Shown piece by piece: positions 1-15,602 of a DNA stretch of 64,000 nt. Numbering within the stretch: position 1 is the first letter of the stretch; each line of letters opens with the position of its first letter. The notes beneath the pieces are model-generated. The model saw only the letters and a program-made list of their open reading frames with translations. It made no database searches and was not told the DNA's origin. This DNA comes from Fonticula alba ATCC 38817 (taxonomy: Eukaryota; Protista; Nucleariida): the NCBI GenBank assembly GCA_000388065.2, contig KB932208.1, one strand, 5' to 3'. A program made the translations under genes and the position numbers.

Positions 1-1788
1 GGGGGGGGGGGGATGGGCTGCAGGTCGAGCACGGTCTGGCATCTTCGCCACAGGGCCGGCTGGGGGCCCCCTTACCGTGGCCTCGGGCAACCCGCGCGAT
101 CGGGGGGAGGGGATGCGTGTCGCCCTCTGGTGTATGTGTGTGTGTGTGTGTTTGGGCGCGTTCCTGCTCGGGCCACCGGCTTTCTGCCCCCTTGCTTCGC
201 CACTCACACCATGGCGGCGGCGGGGGGGGGGGGGGTCGTCTACGCCACGGCGTTGTGCGGTGGTCCGCTGCCACTGCCCCCTCTTGCCCCGGGGCACCCT
301 GCATCCCGGCCTCTCCCTGTGCTCCGGTCGGGCGAGGCCCGGCACCGCACCAGCTCGGGCGTGCGTCGCCTCGCCCTCGCGCCCGGCCGGGCGCCTGCCG
401 AGGGCGGCCGCCAGACCCAAGGTCAGAGGCCCGGGCAGGAGGGCAGATGCCCCAATGTGTCGGGGCCGCGCCGGGCATGCCCTTGGTTCCGGCGCCTGGC
501 CCCCGCGGTCATCCGCGCGCGCGCGCGCCCCCCCCCCCCCCTTCCCGAGGGGGGCAAGGCGGGAACAAACATGCCCCCCCCCCCGGTCATTTAGGTCGGG
601 GGCTACTCTGTCCCGGCGGGGGAGCAGGGCCGGCCGGCCCTGCGCGGGCGCGAGCCGAGGGCCGGGCCGCCAGGGGAGGGCCAGCGGCCAAGGGGGCGCG
701 GGTGGGCGGGGACGCGGTTCGGCCCGCGCCCGAGCCATTCCTCTTTGGTGTGGAATTCACCATGGGTCGGAAAAATCCCCCCTCCCCGCCGGCACCGCGC
801 CCGCACATACCACCAAAGGCGCCCTGCCGCCGGGTTCAGCGCCAGTGAGGGGCGCGCGCGCGCGCGCGCGCGGCGGGGGCCGCCTGCGCAGACGCCCCGG
901 CGCCGACACCCGCGCGAGATGCGACCCGAGCGCCTGATCGCACGGCCCGGGCGGGGGTTCGAGTGACCGCTCCGAGGGGTAGGTATTCCCGGTGTTTGCC
1001 CCTCCCGGGGGGGGGGGGGCCGGGGCGGTGGCGGATGTTTCCGTGTCCCGGGGCAGGGCAGACGGGGCCGGGTCCCAGCCAGCCGGTTGGGGCCTTGTTG
1101 TCTAGCGGCCGACGCCGGACAGCTGGTCGGGGCGGGGCGGGGGAGGGCGCTGGCCGGGCCGCGGATTTTCCCCTCGCCCCGGGCCTTCTTCCAGTTTCTG
1201 AGTGTCAGCGCGCGCGCGCGCGGCATGTGGGCGCACCTCTCGCTCGATGCCCTTTCGCCCCAGGGGCCGGGACGTGTCGTTCGAGGGGCGACGCCCCCCG
1301 TGGACAGGCCCCGTCGGCGGGGCGGGGCGTGTATGGGCGTGCCTGTTCGTGCGTGTCCCCCTCTCTCTCTCTCTCTCTTTCTTTCTTTCTCTCTGTGTAT
1401 CTACCATGCGCGCCGGTGTTCGTTTTTTTTCCTCCGCCCGGGCGGGGCTGCGGCCTGCTCCCTGCCCGCCGGTCCCCCGCGCCCCCCGCCCGACCCGACC
1501 CGGCCTCTCGCGCATCCGGCGGGGGAGCTAGGAATGCGCCAGGGCCGCCGGGGGGAATGCATACCGGCCCGCTCGACTGTGTGCCGACCCTACTGGAATC
1601 GGTTCCTGCCATGATGCTCACGGCGATCGGCCTGCTGTGAATCCCCCTCTCGGCAGCCAGGCGGGAGATTGTTTCAGCCCTGTGGTTTGTGCGCCGTGTG
1701 CCGGTCCCACCGTCCTGGGGGGGGGGGGGGAGACGCTGGTAGTTCTGTGTGTGGGCGCTGCGCCCGGGCGGGCACAGGCCGGCGGCGG

Positions 1789-1998
<210 letters not shown>

Positions 1999-2169
1999 GA
2001 CGCGCTTGTCTGTGTGCGTCCGCCCTCGCCGCCCGCCCGGCTCTCCCTGGGGAGACCGCACTCTGCGGGGGTACCTTCGCCCCTGGGGGGGGGGGGGGGG
2101 GTAGAGCGGTGTACGGGCCGGGGCCGCCGCCTGCCTCCCCTCTCACGCGCCGCCCTCCCAGGGAAAGGG

Positions 2170-2520
2170 GTTTTTAAGAGCGCCCCGCTCGCTCCCGGGC
2201 GAGAGCATTTTGAACACACAGTGCCGCTCTGATATTTTCTTAGTTGCATTCATTCTCTCTCTACCGAAGGTTTGTGCCTCTTCCTCCTCCTCCTCCTCCT
2301 CCTCCTCCTCCTCCTCCTCCTGCTCTCCCCCGCCCGCCCGCTGCTGCACCACCACCACCACCCGTGCTCCCCATCTTCGGGGCGGCCGACCCCCTCCTCT
2401 CCCCCCCTTGCGTGCCCCTTCCCCCTCCCCCTTTGTCTAACACACCCGCTCCCCCCCCTTCCCCCCTCACTTCCCGCCGCCCGGCGCCCTGGTGTCCGCC
2501 CCCGCCGATAAACAGTAATC
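2170..2520 (+). promoter_or_regulatory. Profilin promoter/5' UTR with a probable 5'-UTR intron (2270-2515)
   Basis: TATA-like TTTTTAAG near 2171, AT-rich leader, donor AAG|GTTTGT at 2270, C-rich intron with (CCT)n and CTAAC, acceptor AACAG at 2515, five nt before the ATG at 2521. Confidence 0.6.
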
Positions 2521-3124
2521 ATGTCTTGGGATTCGTACATCACCTCCATCCTCTCCAGCAAGGACATCACCCAGGCCGCCATCCACGGCCATGATGGTTC
2601 CGTCTGGGCCACCTCCTCCGGCTTCAACGTCACCCCCGCTGAGGTCAAGGCTGCCCTCGACACCATGAACGGCTCCAACACCACCGGTACCGTCAACCTG
2701 GCTGGCGTCAACTACATCCTCCTCCGCTTCGAGGACAAGTCCGTCTTCCTGAAGAAGGTGCGCGCGCATGCCATCCCCCTCCGCTTTTTGTTGGCGGCCC
2801 CGTCCGCATTGCCACCCCCCCTCGCGCCTCTGCTGGCTCTTCCTCCGCCCCCCCTCTGCGCAGGGTCTAGTGGCTGGTTCGCCAGCCTCCCCCCTCCTCC
2901 CTCGTATCTGACCCTCGATTCCCTCCACTCTCTCTCTCTTCCCCCCTGTCCCCCCGCCTCGTCGACTCTCCTCACGACGCTCCTCTCAGGGCAAGGAGGG
3001 CGCCGTCATCGCCAAGACCGACCGCGCCGTCATCATCGGCACCTACGGTGATGGTGTTTCCCCCGGTAACGCCAACGTCGCCATCCTCAAGATGGCTGAC
3101 TACCTCTCTGAGGCCGGCTACTAA
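2521..3124 (+). CDS. PFN: Profilin (123 aa); exons 2521-2757, 2990-3124
   Basis: MSWDSYI...AAIHGHDGSVWATS...GVNYILLRFEDKSVFLKK spliced (GTGCGC..CAG, phase 0) to GKEGAVIAKTDRAVIIGTY...KMADYLSEAGY*. Profilin signature with the poly-Pro-binding aromatics. Confidence 0.97.
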
Positions 3125-4149
3125 ACGTCCTCGCACTTTCGTGCACGCACTCACACGCCCACATGTGTAGCGCACGCTCTCCTTCTCCTCTCCCTCCTCC
3201 CTGGTGGGGGGGGCAGTAGCAGAATGCCGGCGGTGCTGCCCATGTGTGCGTGTGTACACGTGTGCTCGTCCGTGTGTGGGTACCCTTTTCCCCCTCTGTT
3301 GTGTGTCTCTTCCTCTGTCGTTTGCGCGCGCGCGCGCGGCTGGTCGGGGTGTGTTTTGGCCGGGTGTGCATGCATGCATGCATGTGTGTGTGCCACCAAA
3401 AGGGTGATATGGAGCAAGGGCGCGGGACGGGGGAGGCGCCAGGCCCGGGGGCTGGGGGGGGGAGAGACGGGGCTCGAGCATATTCATGCGCATTCATGTG
3501 CGTGCGGCAGGCGGCTGCCGGCGCGCGGGGCAGTGCTGTGGAGGGAGGATGTGTCTCACACGCATCATTCCTCTCCGAGAGAGAGAGAGACGCCCGCAGC
3601 ACGGAGGCACATTCACCTTCCGGCTGTGGACATCCCCCCTTCCCCCCTCCCGCGCGCCCGCCCGTTTGGCGTGTTGATCCTCGCCCCCGGCACCGCACAC
3701 CAAGGCCCCCCCTGCTGCTCTTGGCACCACCTTGTGTCCCTCCCTCCCCGCGTCTCTCCCTCTCTCTCTTCTCCCAGCCCGGGAGGCGGGGGAGAGTAGG
3801 GCGTGGCGCGGAGAGGCGCCAGAAGGGCGGAAGTGCGTGCAAGAGGTGGGAGGGGCCGAGGAAGGAAGGTTGTTGTCGGCGTACCGCCTTCCATGTTTGT
3901 GTGCCCTCCCTCTCTCCCTGCCCTTCTTACTCGCACGTGCCTCTGTTGGTGCCTTGCCCCAAAATACATACTGCTCTGGGTATGGTGAAGTGCATGTCTC
4001 GTGCGACGCGGTGGGCGTGTGCGTGAGAGGGCGGCGGAGGGCCCTGCCTGTTGCCCGTCTGTCCCCTCCTCCAAACGAGACATGCACCGGGAGGGAGGAC
4101 AGACAGCGGGATTCCGGCGCCGTCTGAGCGCCAGCGCGCCATGGTGCCA

Positions 4150-4187
<38 letters not shown>

Positions 4188-4790
4188 GGGGGTTCNNNNN
4201 NNNNNNNNNNNNNNNNNNNNNNNNNNNNNNNNNNNNNNNNNNNNNNNNNNNNNNNNNNNNNNNNNNNNNNNNNNNNNNNNNNNNNNNNNNNNNNNNNNNN
4301 NNNNNNNNNNNNGGGGGGGGGGAGGAGCCCGCGGGCGACGGTGTGAAACGGATCCCTGGCGGGATGCCGCATCTTGGCCCGGTGCTGGGGGCGAGAGAAG
4401 GGTCCCCGGGCAAGTGTAGGGGGCGGGCGGCTGGGCCCCACAGAGGACCGAAGCACTCGGGAGCGCCCTCCGGAGGCGGCGCGGAAGCCCCCGGGCCCCC
4501 TCTCTCGGTGTTCGGCCGGCGCGCGCGCGCCGTCTGCCTTGCCCTTGCGCGTGTGCTGGCGGCGCATGTCCTTCTGCGCGCTGGCGAGGGGCCGGGCTGA
4601 GGGGCCGGGGGAGCACGCCCATCCATCTCCGTCGGTTTAGGTGGCCCTGGGGGCTTCGGGGAAAGCCGACGGGTTTAGATCCACCCGGGCCCCGGGGCGT
4701 CTCACAGACTGACGTCCCCCGGGGAGCCGGGCGCGCGGGCGGAGCCCAGCTTCTGGCACCTTCTCCCCGGCGCGATCCCGGCGTGTCGAA

Positions 4791-4963
4791 GCGCACAAAC
4801 AATCCGGCCGCGTCCCCGGCCTCCGCGCCCGACGCCGGGGACAGGTGAGAGCTCCGCGCACAAACAAGCCGGCCGCCGGCCAGGGCCGCATCCCCGGCCT
4901 CCTCGCCCGCGCCGGGGACAGGCGAGAGTTCCGCGCACAAACATGCACGCGCTTGCGCACAAA
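4791..4963. repeat. Degenerate tandem repeat, about 2.3 copies of a 65-77-nt unit
   Basis: Unit GCGCACAAACAA(T/G)CCGGCCGC...TCCCCGGCCTCC..CGCCC..CGCCGGGGACAGG(T/C)GAGAG(C/T)TCC begins at 4791, 4856 and (partial) 4933. Confidence 0.8.
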
Positions 4964-5582
4964 GGGAAGTCCCGCCGCCCGCCGGTCGGCTAGCCCCTTC
5001 CCCATTGCCTCTGTCCCCTGGGCCTCGCCCCCGCCCGCCCGCCCGCCCCCACTCGACCGCTGGCCAATGCTATTATTTTGGCCTTTTTTGATCCGATTTT
5101 CGGCACTGCGCCGTGGCGAAAATGTGTGGACGAGGCATCGAGCGGCGGGCGAACTTCTTGCTGGATTTTGGTCCCACATTTCCGCCTCGGTGCATGGCCG
5201 CTCCCCTTTTCCCCGATTTTATTTCCCCCCGGCCCTCCCTGGGGCTGCTCGCTCTTGCCTCTTCTGGCACTCGCGCGCACACACGGCCTTTAACGAGTAT
5301 CTTGTATTTAGAGAAGGCAAGGAGACAATGGAGGTGTGTGTGTGTGCGTGTGTACGTGCACGCACGCGAGCACCGGAACAGTCCCGCCTCGCACGGCGAC
5401 AAGTACACGCACACACACGCACACACAACGCAGAAGGTGATGCCACACGGCAGCACGGACGCAGGCGCAGGCGTGCGCACTTGGCACCAGCGGAGGTGAG
5501 CTGGAGGAGAGGCGGCAAGGGGGGGGGGGACTTTCCACCGCTCGCTCGCTCGCGAGGCGCAGCAACGCCCTGCCCTCGGCCC

Positions 5583-8038
<2,456 letters not shown>

Positions 8039-9995
8039 CTGCAAGTGCCAAGAAGCGGTGGGGGGGGGGGGGGGGGGGGGGGCGGAGGGGGGGCGTGACG
8101 GCCGAAGGGATGGGAGCAGAGGGGGGGGGCAGGCGAGGGGGACACCCGGCAAGTCCGAGGCACCGCCCGCCCCCTCAGGCAGCAGGGCGCCTACCCGCGG
8201 CAGGTGAAGGGCGATTAGATANNNNNNNNNNNNNNNNNNNNNNNNNNNNNNNNNNNNNNNNNNNNNNNNNNNNNNNNNNNNNNNNNNNNNNNNNNNNNNN
8301 NNNNNNNNNNNNNNNNNNNNNNNNNNNNNNNNNNNNNNNNNNNNNNNNNNNNNNNNNNNNNNNNNNNNNNNNNNNNNNNNNNNNNNNNNNNNNNNNNNNN
8401 NNNNNNNNNNNNNNNNNNNNNNNNNNNNNNNNNNNNNNNNNNNNNNNNNNNNNNNNNNNNNNNNNNNNNNNNNNNNNNNNNNNNNNNNNNNNNNNNNNNN
8501 NNNNNNNNNNNNNNNNNNNNNNNNNNNNNNNNNNNNNNNNNNNNNNNNNNNNNNNNNNNNNNNNNNNNNNNNNNNNNNNNNNNNNNNNNNNNNNNNNNNN
8601 NNNNNNNNNNNNNACCCCCCCCCCCCCCCCCCCCCCCGCCCGGCACACGGTCGGCGCACACCTGCATGTGTCGTCGACCCCACCCGGGGGACTGTAGATT
8701 GCACCGCCACCATGCCCGCTCCTTGCACATTCAATCCACTCCCAGAGCCCCCTGTTGCTCTCGCTGGTCGCGCTGCAACCCGGCGGCCGGCGGGCCGGGG
8801 CCGGGGCCGGGGGGATGGGGCACGGGTCCGGGCCCGCCCGATCTGCCGACGGTGCTGCGACCGGCGGCTCTCGCGCTGCCAGCCCCTCTTCCCGGGTTTC
8901 CCGATCGGGCATAGCTGCTCGTCCTCCCCGCCCGCGCCTCGCCCAGCCCCCTGGGCCCCGGCACGGTCACTGCCCCCCGCCCACGGCGGCTCTCGCTCCC
9001 TCTCCGGCCGGGGCGCTCCCCCACAAGCGCCCCCGCGCCCGTGCGGCCCCGCGCGCCTGTGTGGCCAGTCCAGCGCAGGCCCCAGGACAAGGAGGGGGCA
9101 GGGGGCGGGGCAGGGAGTCCCGGTCGCTGCCATTCGCCAGCCGGCGGCACCCCTGTTATCTGTCCAGAGCAAAGCGCCCTGGGCCGGGGCAGCGGAGTCT
9201 GATACTGCAGAACAAGCACACGTCTCCGGGTCCATCAGAACGCTCTCAGTCTCCACCCGGCTTGGGAGATGTGCCCCCCCCCCCCNNNNNNNNNNNNNNN
9301 NNNNNNNNNNNNNNNNNNNNNNNNNNNNNNNNNNNNNNNNNNNNNNNNNNNNNNNNNNNNNNNNNNNNNNNNNNNNNNNNNNNNNNNNNNNNNNNNNNNN
9401 NNNNNNNNNNNNNNNNNNNNNNNNNNNNNNNNNNNNNNNNNNNNNNNNNNNNNNNNNNNNNNNNNNNNNNNNNNNNNNNNNNNNNNNNNNNNNNNNNNNN
9501 NNNNNNNNNNNNNNNNNNNNNNNNNNNNNNNNNNNNNNNNNNNNNNNNNNNNNNNNNNNNNNNNNNNNNNNNNNNNNNNNNNNNNNNNNNNNNNNNNNNN
9601 NNNNNNNNNNNNNNNNNNNNNNNNNNNNNNNNNNNNNNNNNNNNNNNNNNNNNNNNNNNNNNNNNNNNNNNNNNNNNNNNNNNNNNNNNNNNNNNNNNNN
9701 NNNNNNNNNNCCCCCCCCCCCAGCATCTGCTGCGAGTCCCTCTTCTCCCTCGCCCCACCAAAAACCTCCCTCCGGATTCTCTATGAAAGGTGATATTGTA
9801 CCGGCCCTTTCGCGGGCAGTGAACGTGCGGAGGACGGGGGAAGGACGCCTCTGGGCGCCGGGACTCTGCCACAGCCACAACGGAGGAGAGCAGCGCCACA
9901 AAAAAAAAGAGGGGGCGGGCGGGCGGAAGGGCACGGGCACGAGCAGGTGCAAGCACATTCCCAGAGCGCCCCGGCGTCAGTGTGTAGCATGACAC

Positions 9996-12651
9996 TTAGG
10001 AAGACAAGGAGGGAGCAGCCGGGGCAGCAGTGCGCCCGTGCAGGCTGGCAAAGAGCTCACGCTCGCGGGCCTCGGTCCACATGGTGGCCACGGAGGCCGT
10101 GTCGCTGAGCAGCGTCCCGGCCGAGGTCAGGTCGCCCTCGGAGGGGGCATTGCCTTTCCGGAGACCCCCGGCCTTGGTGAGATCCAGCTCGCGGTCGCTG
10201 GCCAGCGTGGCCATCCGGTAGGTGGGGGCCTGGCGCGGGGTCGGGACGCAGAAGTTCACCAACTTCGGGTGGATGTCATGGCGAATGCGCCGGCCCTTGC
10301 TGGCCTTCTGGTCGACCCCCTGGCGGCGCTGCTTGGCGCGGCGCTTCTGCTCCTCGGCCCGGGCGGAAAGGGCCGAGCTGAGGCGCGCGTCGTCCGCCCC
10401 CACATCGGTGGCCGCCCCGGTGGGGCCCACGCGCGAGGCCAAGAAATCCTGCAGCAACGAGGCATAGAAGTCCCCATCGTCGATGAGCTGGTCATCATGC
10501 TCATCGACCGAGGAGGGCATGGTGTCTCCCGTCGGCAGGGTGTCAGTGCCGAAGGTGTACATGGTGGCCAGGGACGCGGCCGGCCGGCGGTCCAGGCGCA
10601 GGCGCTTGACCAGGCGGTCGCGATCGGCCGCCAGGACGGCGCTCACCTGCTCCGGGACACTCTGGAGAGGATGGGAGGTGCAAACGCAGGGTGGTCAGTT
10701 CCATGCCCCGTGAGGGCTCGGCGCTTGTAGGGGTCCCCCCCGCCTCCCCTCCTCCCAAAAGACACTCGATCGGGGATGGGAGGTGTCCTTCCTGACCAGG
10801 AGGGCGGAAACAGAGGTCCATCCGAGGAAGGGCAGGAGGTGCATACCTTGTGAATGGCCTTCAGCGGCCCGGAGCCCATGCCGGCAGTGGCGATCTGCGC
10901 CCGGCTTGACCAGTGCTCCAGGGTCTCTTCCATGTGCGGAGCGGCACTGCGCAGACAGACATCGCCAGATGGGCGGGTTTCAAGGGGGAGGATTGCGTGT
11001 CAGATATGTGGGCTCCCGCGCGCGCGCGCGCGCGCGCATGCGTGTGCGCGTGTGTGTGTGTGTGTGTGTGTGTGCGCGTGTGTGCGCGTCTCGACACAAG
11101 ACCAAATCCGGAGGCAGGCGAACGCATTCTCCGACAGATGGCGCGCGAGAAGGAGGCAAGCCCAAAAGTACGCACATGGCAGCCACCTCGGACGCCAGAG
11201 CGCGCAGGGCGTCCGGCGAGTCGTCAGCCGGGCGCTTACCACGCAGGTCAGCCACCGCCTCCGGGCCGATGCCGGCCGTCTGCGCCAGCAGGTCCACCTG
11301 GATGTTGGCGATGTCCCCGAGAAGACCAGCCAGCTCGGTGCGCACGGCGGCCGCCGCACTGGTAAGCCCCTCGGTCGCGGCGCCCTCACCCTCCGACGGG
11401 AAGAAGTGGCCCCACATGTCCGGCGGGGGAAGGCGCCCGGAAAGGGTCACGCAGCGTTGCAGGCGAATGCGCAAGTCCAGCGACCGGTTCCAAAGGGTGG
11501 TCTGGTTCATGACATGCTTGCCCTTCTGGGCGTCGGCCACGGCCTGCTCGGCGAAGATGGAAATGGACGAGCTAAAAAGCGGGAAAGATAGAGGGGCGGG
11601 GGGGGGNNNNNNNNNNNNNNNNNNNNNNNNNNNNNNNNNNNNNNNNNNNNNNNNNNNNNNNNNNNNNNNNNNNNNNNNNNNNNNNNNNNNNNNNNNNNNN
11701 NNNNNNNGCGAAAGTTGATGACAGCGACATGCACGCACGCGGCATCCTCCTCCTCGAGCTGGCGCATGGCGCGGTCGAGGGAGGTCGACGCGCCGAGGGC
11801 CTTCTGAATGGACTTGCGGCTCCCGGAGACACCCTCGGCCAGGGCACTCTGCTCATCAGCGTCCGACCCGTCATCCGAGCTGGCATCCTCATCCTCGGAG
11901 CTGCCGAACGCCGCCCCGCCGAAGGGCAGACCGCCGGAGCTCTTGGAGCTGTCGTACCGACGGAAGGCCGCTTCGAAGTCGTCGTCCGATCCGTCATCCT
12001 CCTCGTCGTCCGACCCGTCGCTGGCCTCGAGGCCCATGAGGCTGGACGCACTGAAGGCGCCGCGGCCGCGGGGGGCCTTGGCCTCCTCCTCCTCCTCCTC
12101 CTCCTCCTCCTCCGAAGAGTCCTCCTCGTCGTCGCTCTCGGCGTAAAGGGCCTTGCGCGAAGAGGTCTTCCCGGAGTAACGGGCGCTCTGGCTCAGCAGG
12201 GCATCCGCCTGGGCGGACTGCGAGCGCCGGGTCATGGCAGTGGGAGCACTATGGCAGGCGCCAGGGAGGGGGGGGGGGGAAGGGGTGTTTGTGCGTGCGT
12301 GTGTGTGTGTGTGTGTATGCGCATACACGCGCATACCCGTGTGTACGCGGGAAGAGAGAAGAAGAAAGCGAGGGGGAGGGTGAGTCGCAGGTGCCGGGAT
12401 CCGGCTTGCGGCCCTGTGGAGGCGGGACAACAAAAAGTGGCACAGTTGTGATGCCGGGGGTCGGGAGCGGCGCACCTCAGCTCCGCAGCATAGGAGTCGT
12501 AGTCGTGAAAGCCCGTCGAGTCGACAATGTTGTCCGCATCCAGACCGGACACATCGTCCTGGCGATCATCTGTCGGGGCCGGGCCCGAAAGCAGCGAGGA
12601 AAGGGCCTCGCCGAGCAGACCGCCACTCTTCTTCGGCAGTTGCTTGGACAT
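9996..12651 (-). CDS. AATF: AATF/Bfr2 (Che-1) ribosome biogenesis factor; exons 12476-12651, 11739-12248, 11176-11571, 10847-10946, 9996-10661
   Basis: Acidic N-terminus; AATF domain QKGKHVMNQTTLWNRSLDLRIRLQ; TRAUB domain IDDGDFYASLLQDFL and VDQKASKGRRIRHDIHPKLVNF. In-frame GT-AG junctions. Confidence 0.92.
11017..11089. repeat. 73-bp perfectly alternating purine-pyrimidine tract, (CG)n/(TG)n, in an AATF intron
   Basis: CGCGCG...CATGCGTGTGCGCGTGTG...GCGCGT read directly. Confidence 0.9.
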
Positions 12652-14418
12652 GGTGCAGCGTGGCTGGTGGATGGGGAGGGAGGAGGGGCGGGGCAGGCGT
12701 GTCCGCGTATGCGTGTGCGTATGCTACCAGTACCCGGGGGCTGGGGGGGGGGGGTGAGNNNNNNNNNNNNNNNNNNNNNNNNNNNNNNNNNNNNNNNNNN
12801 NNNNNNNNNNNNNNNNNNNNNNNNNNNNNNNNNNNNNNNNNNNNNNNNNNNNNNNNNNNNNNNNNNNNNNNNNNNNNNNNNNNNNNNNNNNNNNNNNNNN
12901 NNNNNNNNNNNNNNNNNNNNNNNNNNNNNNNNNNNNNNNNNNNNNNNNNNNNNNNNNNNNNNNNNNNNNNNNNNNNNNNNNNNNNNNNNNNNNNNNNNNN
13001 NNNNNNNNNNNNNNNNNNNNNNNNNNNNNNNNNNNNNNNNNNNNNNNNNNNNNNNNNNNNNNNNNNNNNNNNNNNNNNNNNNNNNNNNNNNNNNNNNNNN
13101 AGTGGCGCCGCCATCGACAAGCAGCATCCCCCCCGCGTGAACTCCAGGTGTGGAAGGGGGGAGAGAGAGAGAGAGAGGGAGAAAGGAGGTGTGGGGTGCT
13201 TGGATAGATAGCGGCCCCGCCGCGGGGACTGGGTCGCTTGGGCGGCAGATGAATCCGCCAATTGAGCCTGACGAGAAGGGGGGACTGGCCACCACCAGCC
13301 AGGGGGAGGGAGAGAGAGAAAGATCTGAGCCGAGAAGTAAATTCGGAGGGCGAGAGCGTATGCTCGTTTCCCCAGGCCCCCCTCGTCGCCGCTGTTCCCC
13401 CCAGTTCGAGCAGGTACATGCGTGCGTGAGTGTGTATGCGTGTGTGTGCGCGCGCGCACGCGTGCGCGTGGGTTCCTGCGTGTGGGGCTGGGCGACTTCG
13501 GGACGGGTCGCCCTCCTGCATGGCCTCGGCCATGTGTCCAGATCACGCCCCTGTTCACAAAGCCGCTCCTTAATCGGGAGTTAATCCAATGTGCGACTGC
13601 GGTGGCGTACTCCCAAATGATTCATCCATGACTCAACCATGATCGGTGGCACTCACTTGTGCCCTTTCTTATGCGGGACCGCGGATCCGGCTCGAACGCC
13701 AGTGCCCTCCTCGGTGTGAGATTCCCTTCCCCCCCCCCCCCCCCCCCCGACAGGATGCAAATGACAACATGGTGTCTATTTGTGCCCTGGGCGGGCTCGG
13801 GTCGGATGCAGGACGAAGGGGAGAACGAGCCCTTCTGCCTGTGTGTGTGTGTGTGTGTGTGTTAGTCGGGCCCTGAGCCTCACGCCTCTCAGCATCTACG
13901 GCCTGGCTTCGTGCGCGAAGACATATCGCTTCAGGGTATAAATGCCCCCGCCAGTGAGGGATCCTGTTCTGGACGTGCATCATTCAACCTGTCCATTATC
14001 CTGACCTCCTGCTCCTTCCCCTTCTTCCTCTTCCTTTTCTCCTCCTCTCCTCTGCTTTGCTTGCCCTCTCTCTCGACCACGCCCCGCATTCCCTTTCGCC
14101 TTTTTCTTCTCAGCACCTATACATACCTTCCTGTCGTACACACGACGCTCCGCCTTGCCATACAGAAGACCCGCTGGTTGTTTGCGAAACGTTCGACACA
14201 CCTGCTCGCCGCACCCCCCCCCCCCCAGTACATGGGTTTTCCAACGCACATGTACGGACATGCACACGCCCACGCCCATGGTGGATTCATGCATCCTTAG
14301 GATGCACACTCTCGCGCGGGCCTGAGCTTCCGTCCGGCCATGCATGCACGCGGCATGCCTCACTTCGGCAATGCCCCCCCCTCTCCCACTCCTCATGCGT
14401 GTGCATCGTCTTGAGGCA

Positions 14419-14596
14419 TTCTCCCTCCTTCCCTCTTCCTCTCTCCCTCTCTCCCTCTCTTCCTCTCTCCCTCTCTCCCTCTTCCTCTCTCCCTCTCTCC
14501 CTCTCTTCCTCTCTCCCTCTCTCCCTCTTCCTCTCTCCCTCTTCCTCTCTTCCTCTTCCTCTCTCCCTCTTGCCCTCTCGCCCTCTTTCTTTCCCT
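14419..14596 (+). repeat. About 180-nt near-pure homopyrimidine (C/T) degenerate minisatellite
   Basis: Reiterated CTCTCC/CTCTTC units. Confidence 0.85.
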
Positions 14597-15602
14597 CAGT
14601 TGCGCTCCGGATGAAGCCCTGGTGCCGGTCCCACGCCCACAGAGGCAGCGCGTTTCATCTTCCTCTGTTCAGGCTGTCAGTGGCGCCGCCATCGACAAGC
14701 AGCATCCCCCCCCCCAGTTACCATCCAGGCAACGGGGGGGAGGGGTGCCTTTCTCTCGCACAGTGGTCGATGTCGACCCTGGGTCTTCTCGTGGAAAAAG
14801 GGCATGAGGCGTGTGCTGGGTACATGGGGGTCAATCTGCCCAGGCAGCGTCGCTGTGCCGGACCCAGAGCCCGCGGTTGCCTCCTCGCCGCAGGGGCTTT
14901 CTTCTTCTTTTTTTTTTTTTGCTCTGCCTCCTTTGAGGAAGTACCCAAAAGGGCCAGGGCTGGCATGTCTATGTGTGTGTGTGTGTGTCTATGTGTATGT
15001 GCGCCTGTTTTTGCATGCGGTGAGCCCAATCGGGTGCTCGGAAAAGCTTGGCACAGGCCTACGCATGTTTGGACATGTGGTGCTGTATTTGTAAAAAAAA
15101 GAAAGGGGGGATGGGACGCGCGCGACGGGCCTCAGGGCGGGTGCTATCTCTCTCTGTGATACTGGTGCCGGGACACTGGGGCAGGGGAAGGGGGATATTA
15201 TGGCACACAAAGGGAGCACATCTCAGTACCACTGGGCGGCGCGCGTGCCGGGAAAAAGGGGGAGGGGATCAAGGACGGTGATGGCGAGCAGAGCGTGTGG
15301 AGGGGAGGGGGTGCGCGCGCGCGCGCGCGCGCGACAGGTGGGCGTGCGGCACATAGATCTGCGGGAGAAGAGGAGAAAGGGGGAGGGAGGGGCGGGGGGG
15401 AAGTGGAGAGGAATGGGCCGGGGCCACTGTCCTCACCCTTTTTTTTTCGCGCACACGCGTGTACACACACACGGGCGCGCAGCTATTCTAAGGAAACTGG
15501 GGAAAGGGGGGCACTTCTCGGTCTGCATGCCTCTGCGTGAATGCATGCACACACATACACACGCCAGGGGGCGACGCGCGGCTCTCTCTCTCTCTCTCTC
15601 GC

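Noticed and set aside
9219-9235. ATG GAC CCG GAG AC|GTGTGC as the VPS4 first exon
   Set aside because: Phase 2 does not match the phase-0 acceptor at 8039, and two gaps intervene; cannot be supported.
12725-12758. About 34-nt copy of the VPS4 Walker-A exon/intron boundary (6948-6980) upstream of AATF, resembling a transposed gene fragment
   Set aside because: It abuts gap 12759-13100 and contains a poly-G run, typical of a mis-join at a homopolymer.
13101-13134. Copy of 14679-14712 (AGTGGCGCCGCCATCGACAAGCAGCATCCCCCCC), a possible dispersed repeat or LTR end
   Set aside because: It sits at the other edge of the same gap and ends in poly-C; likely an assembly artefact.
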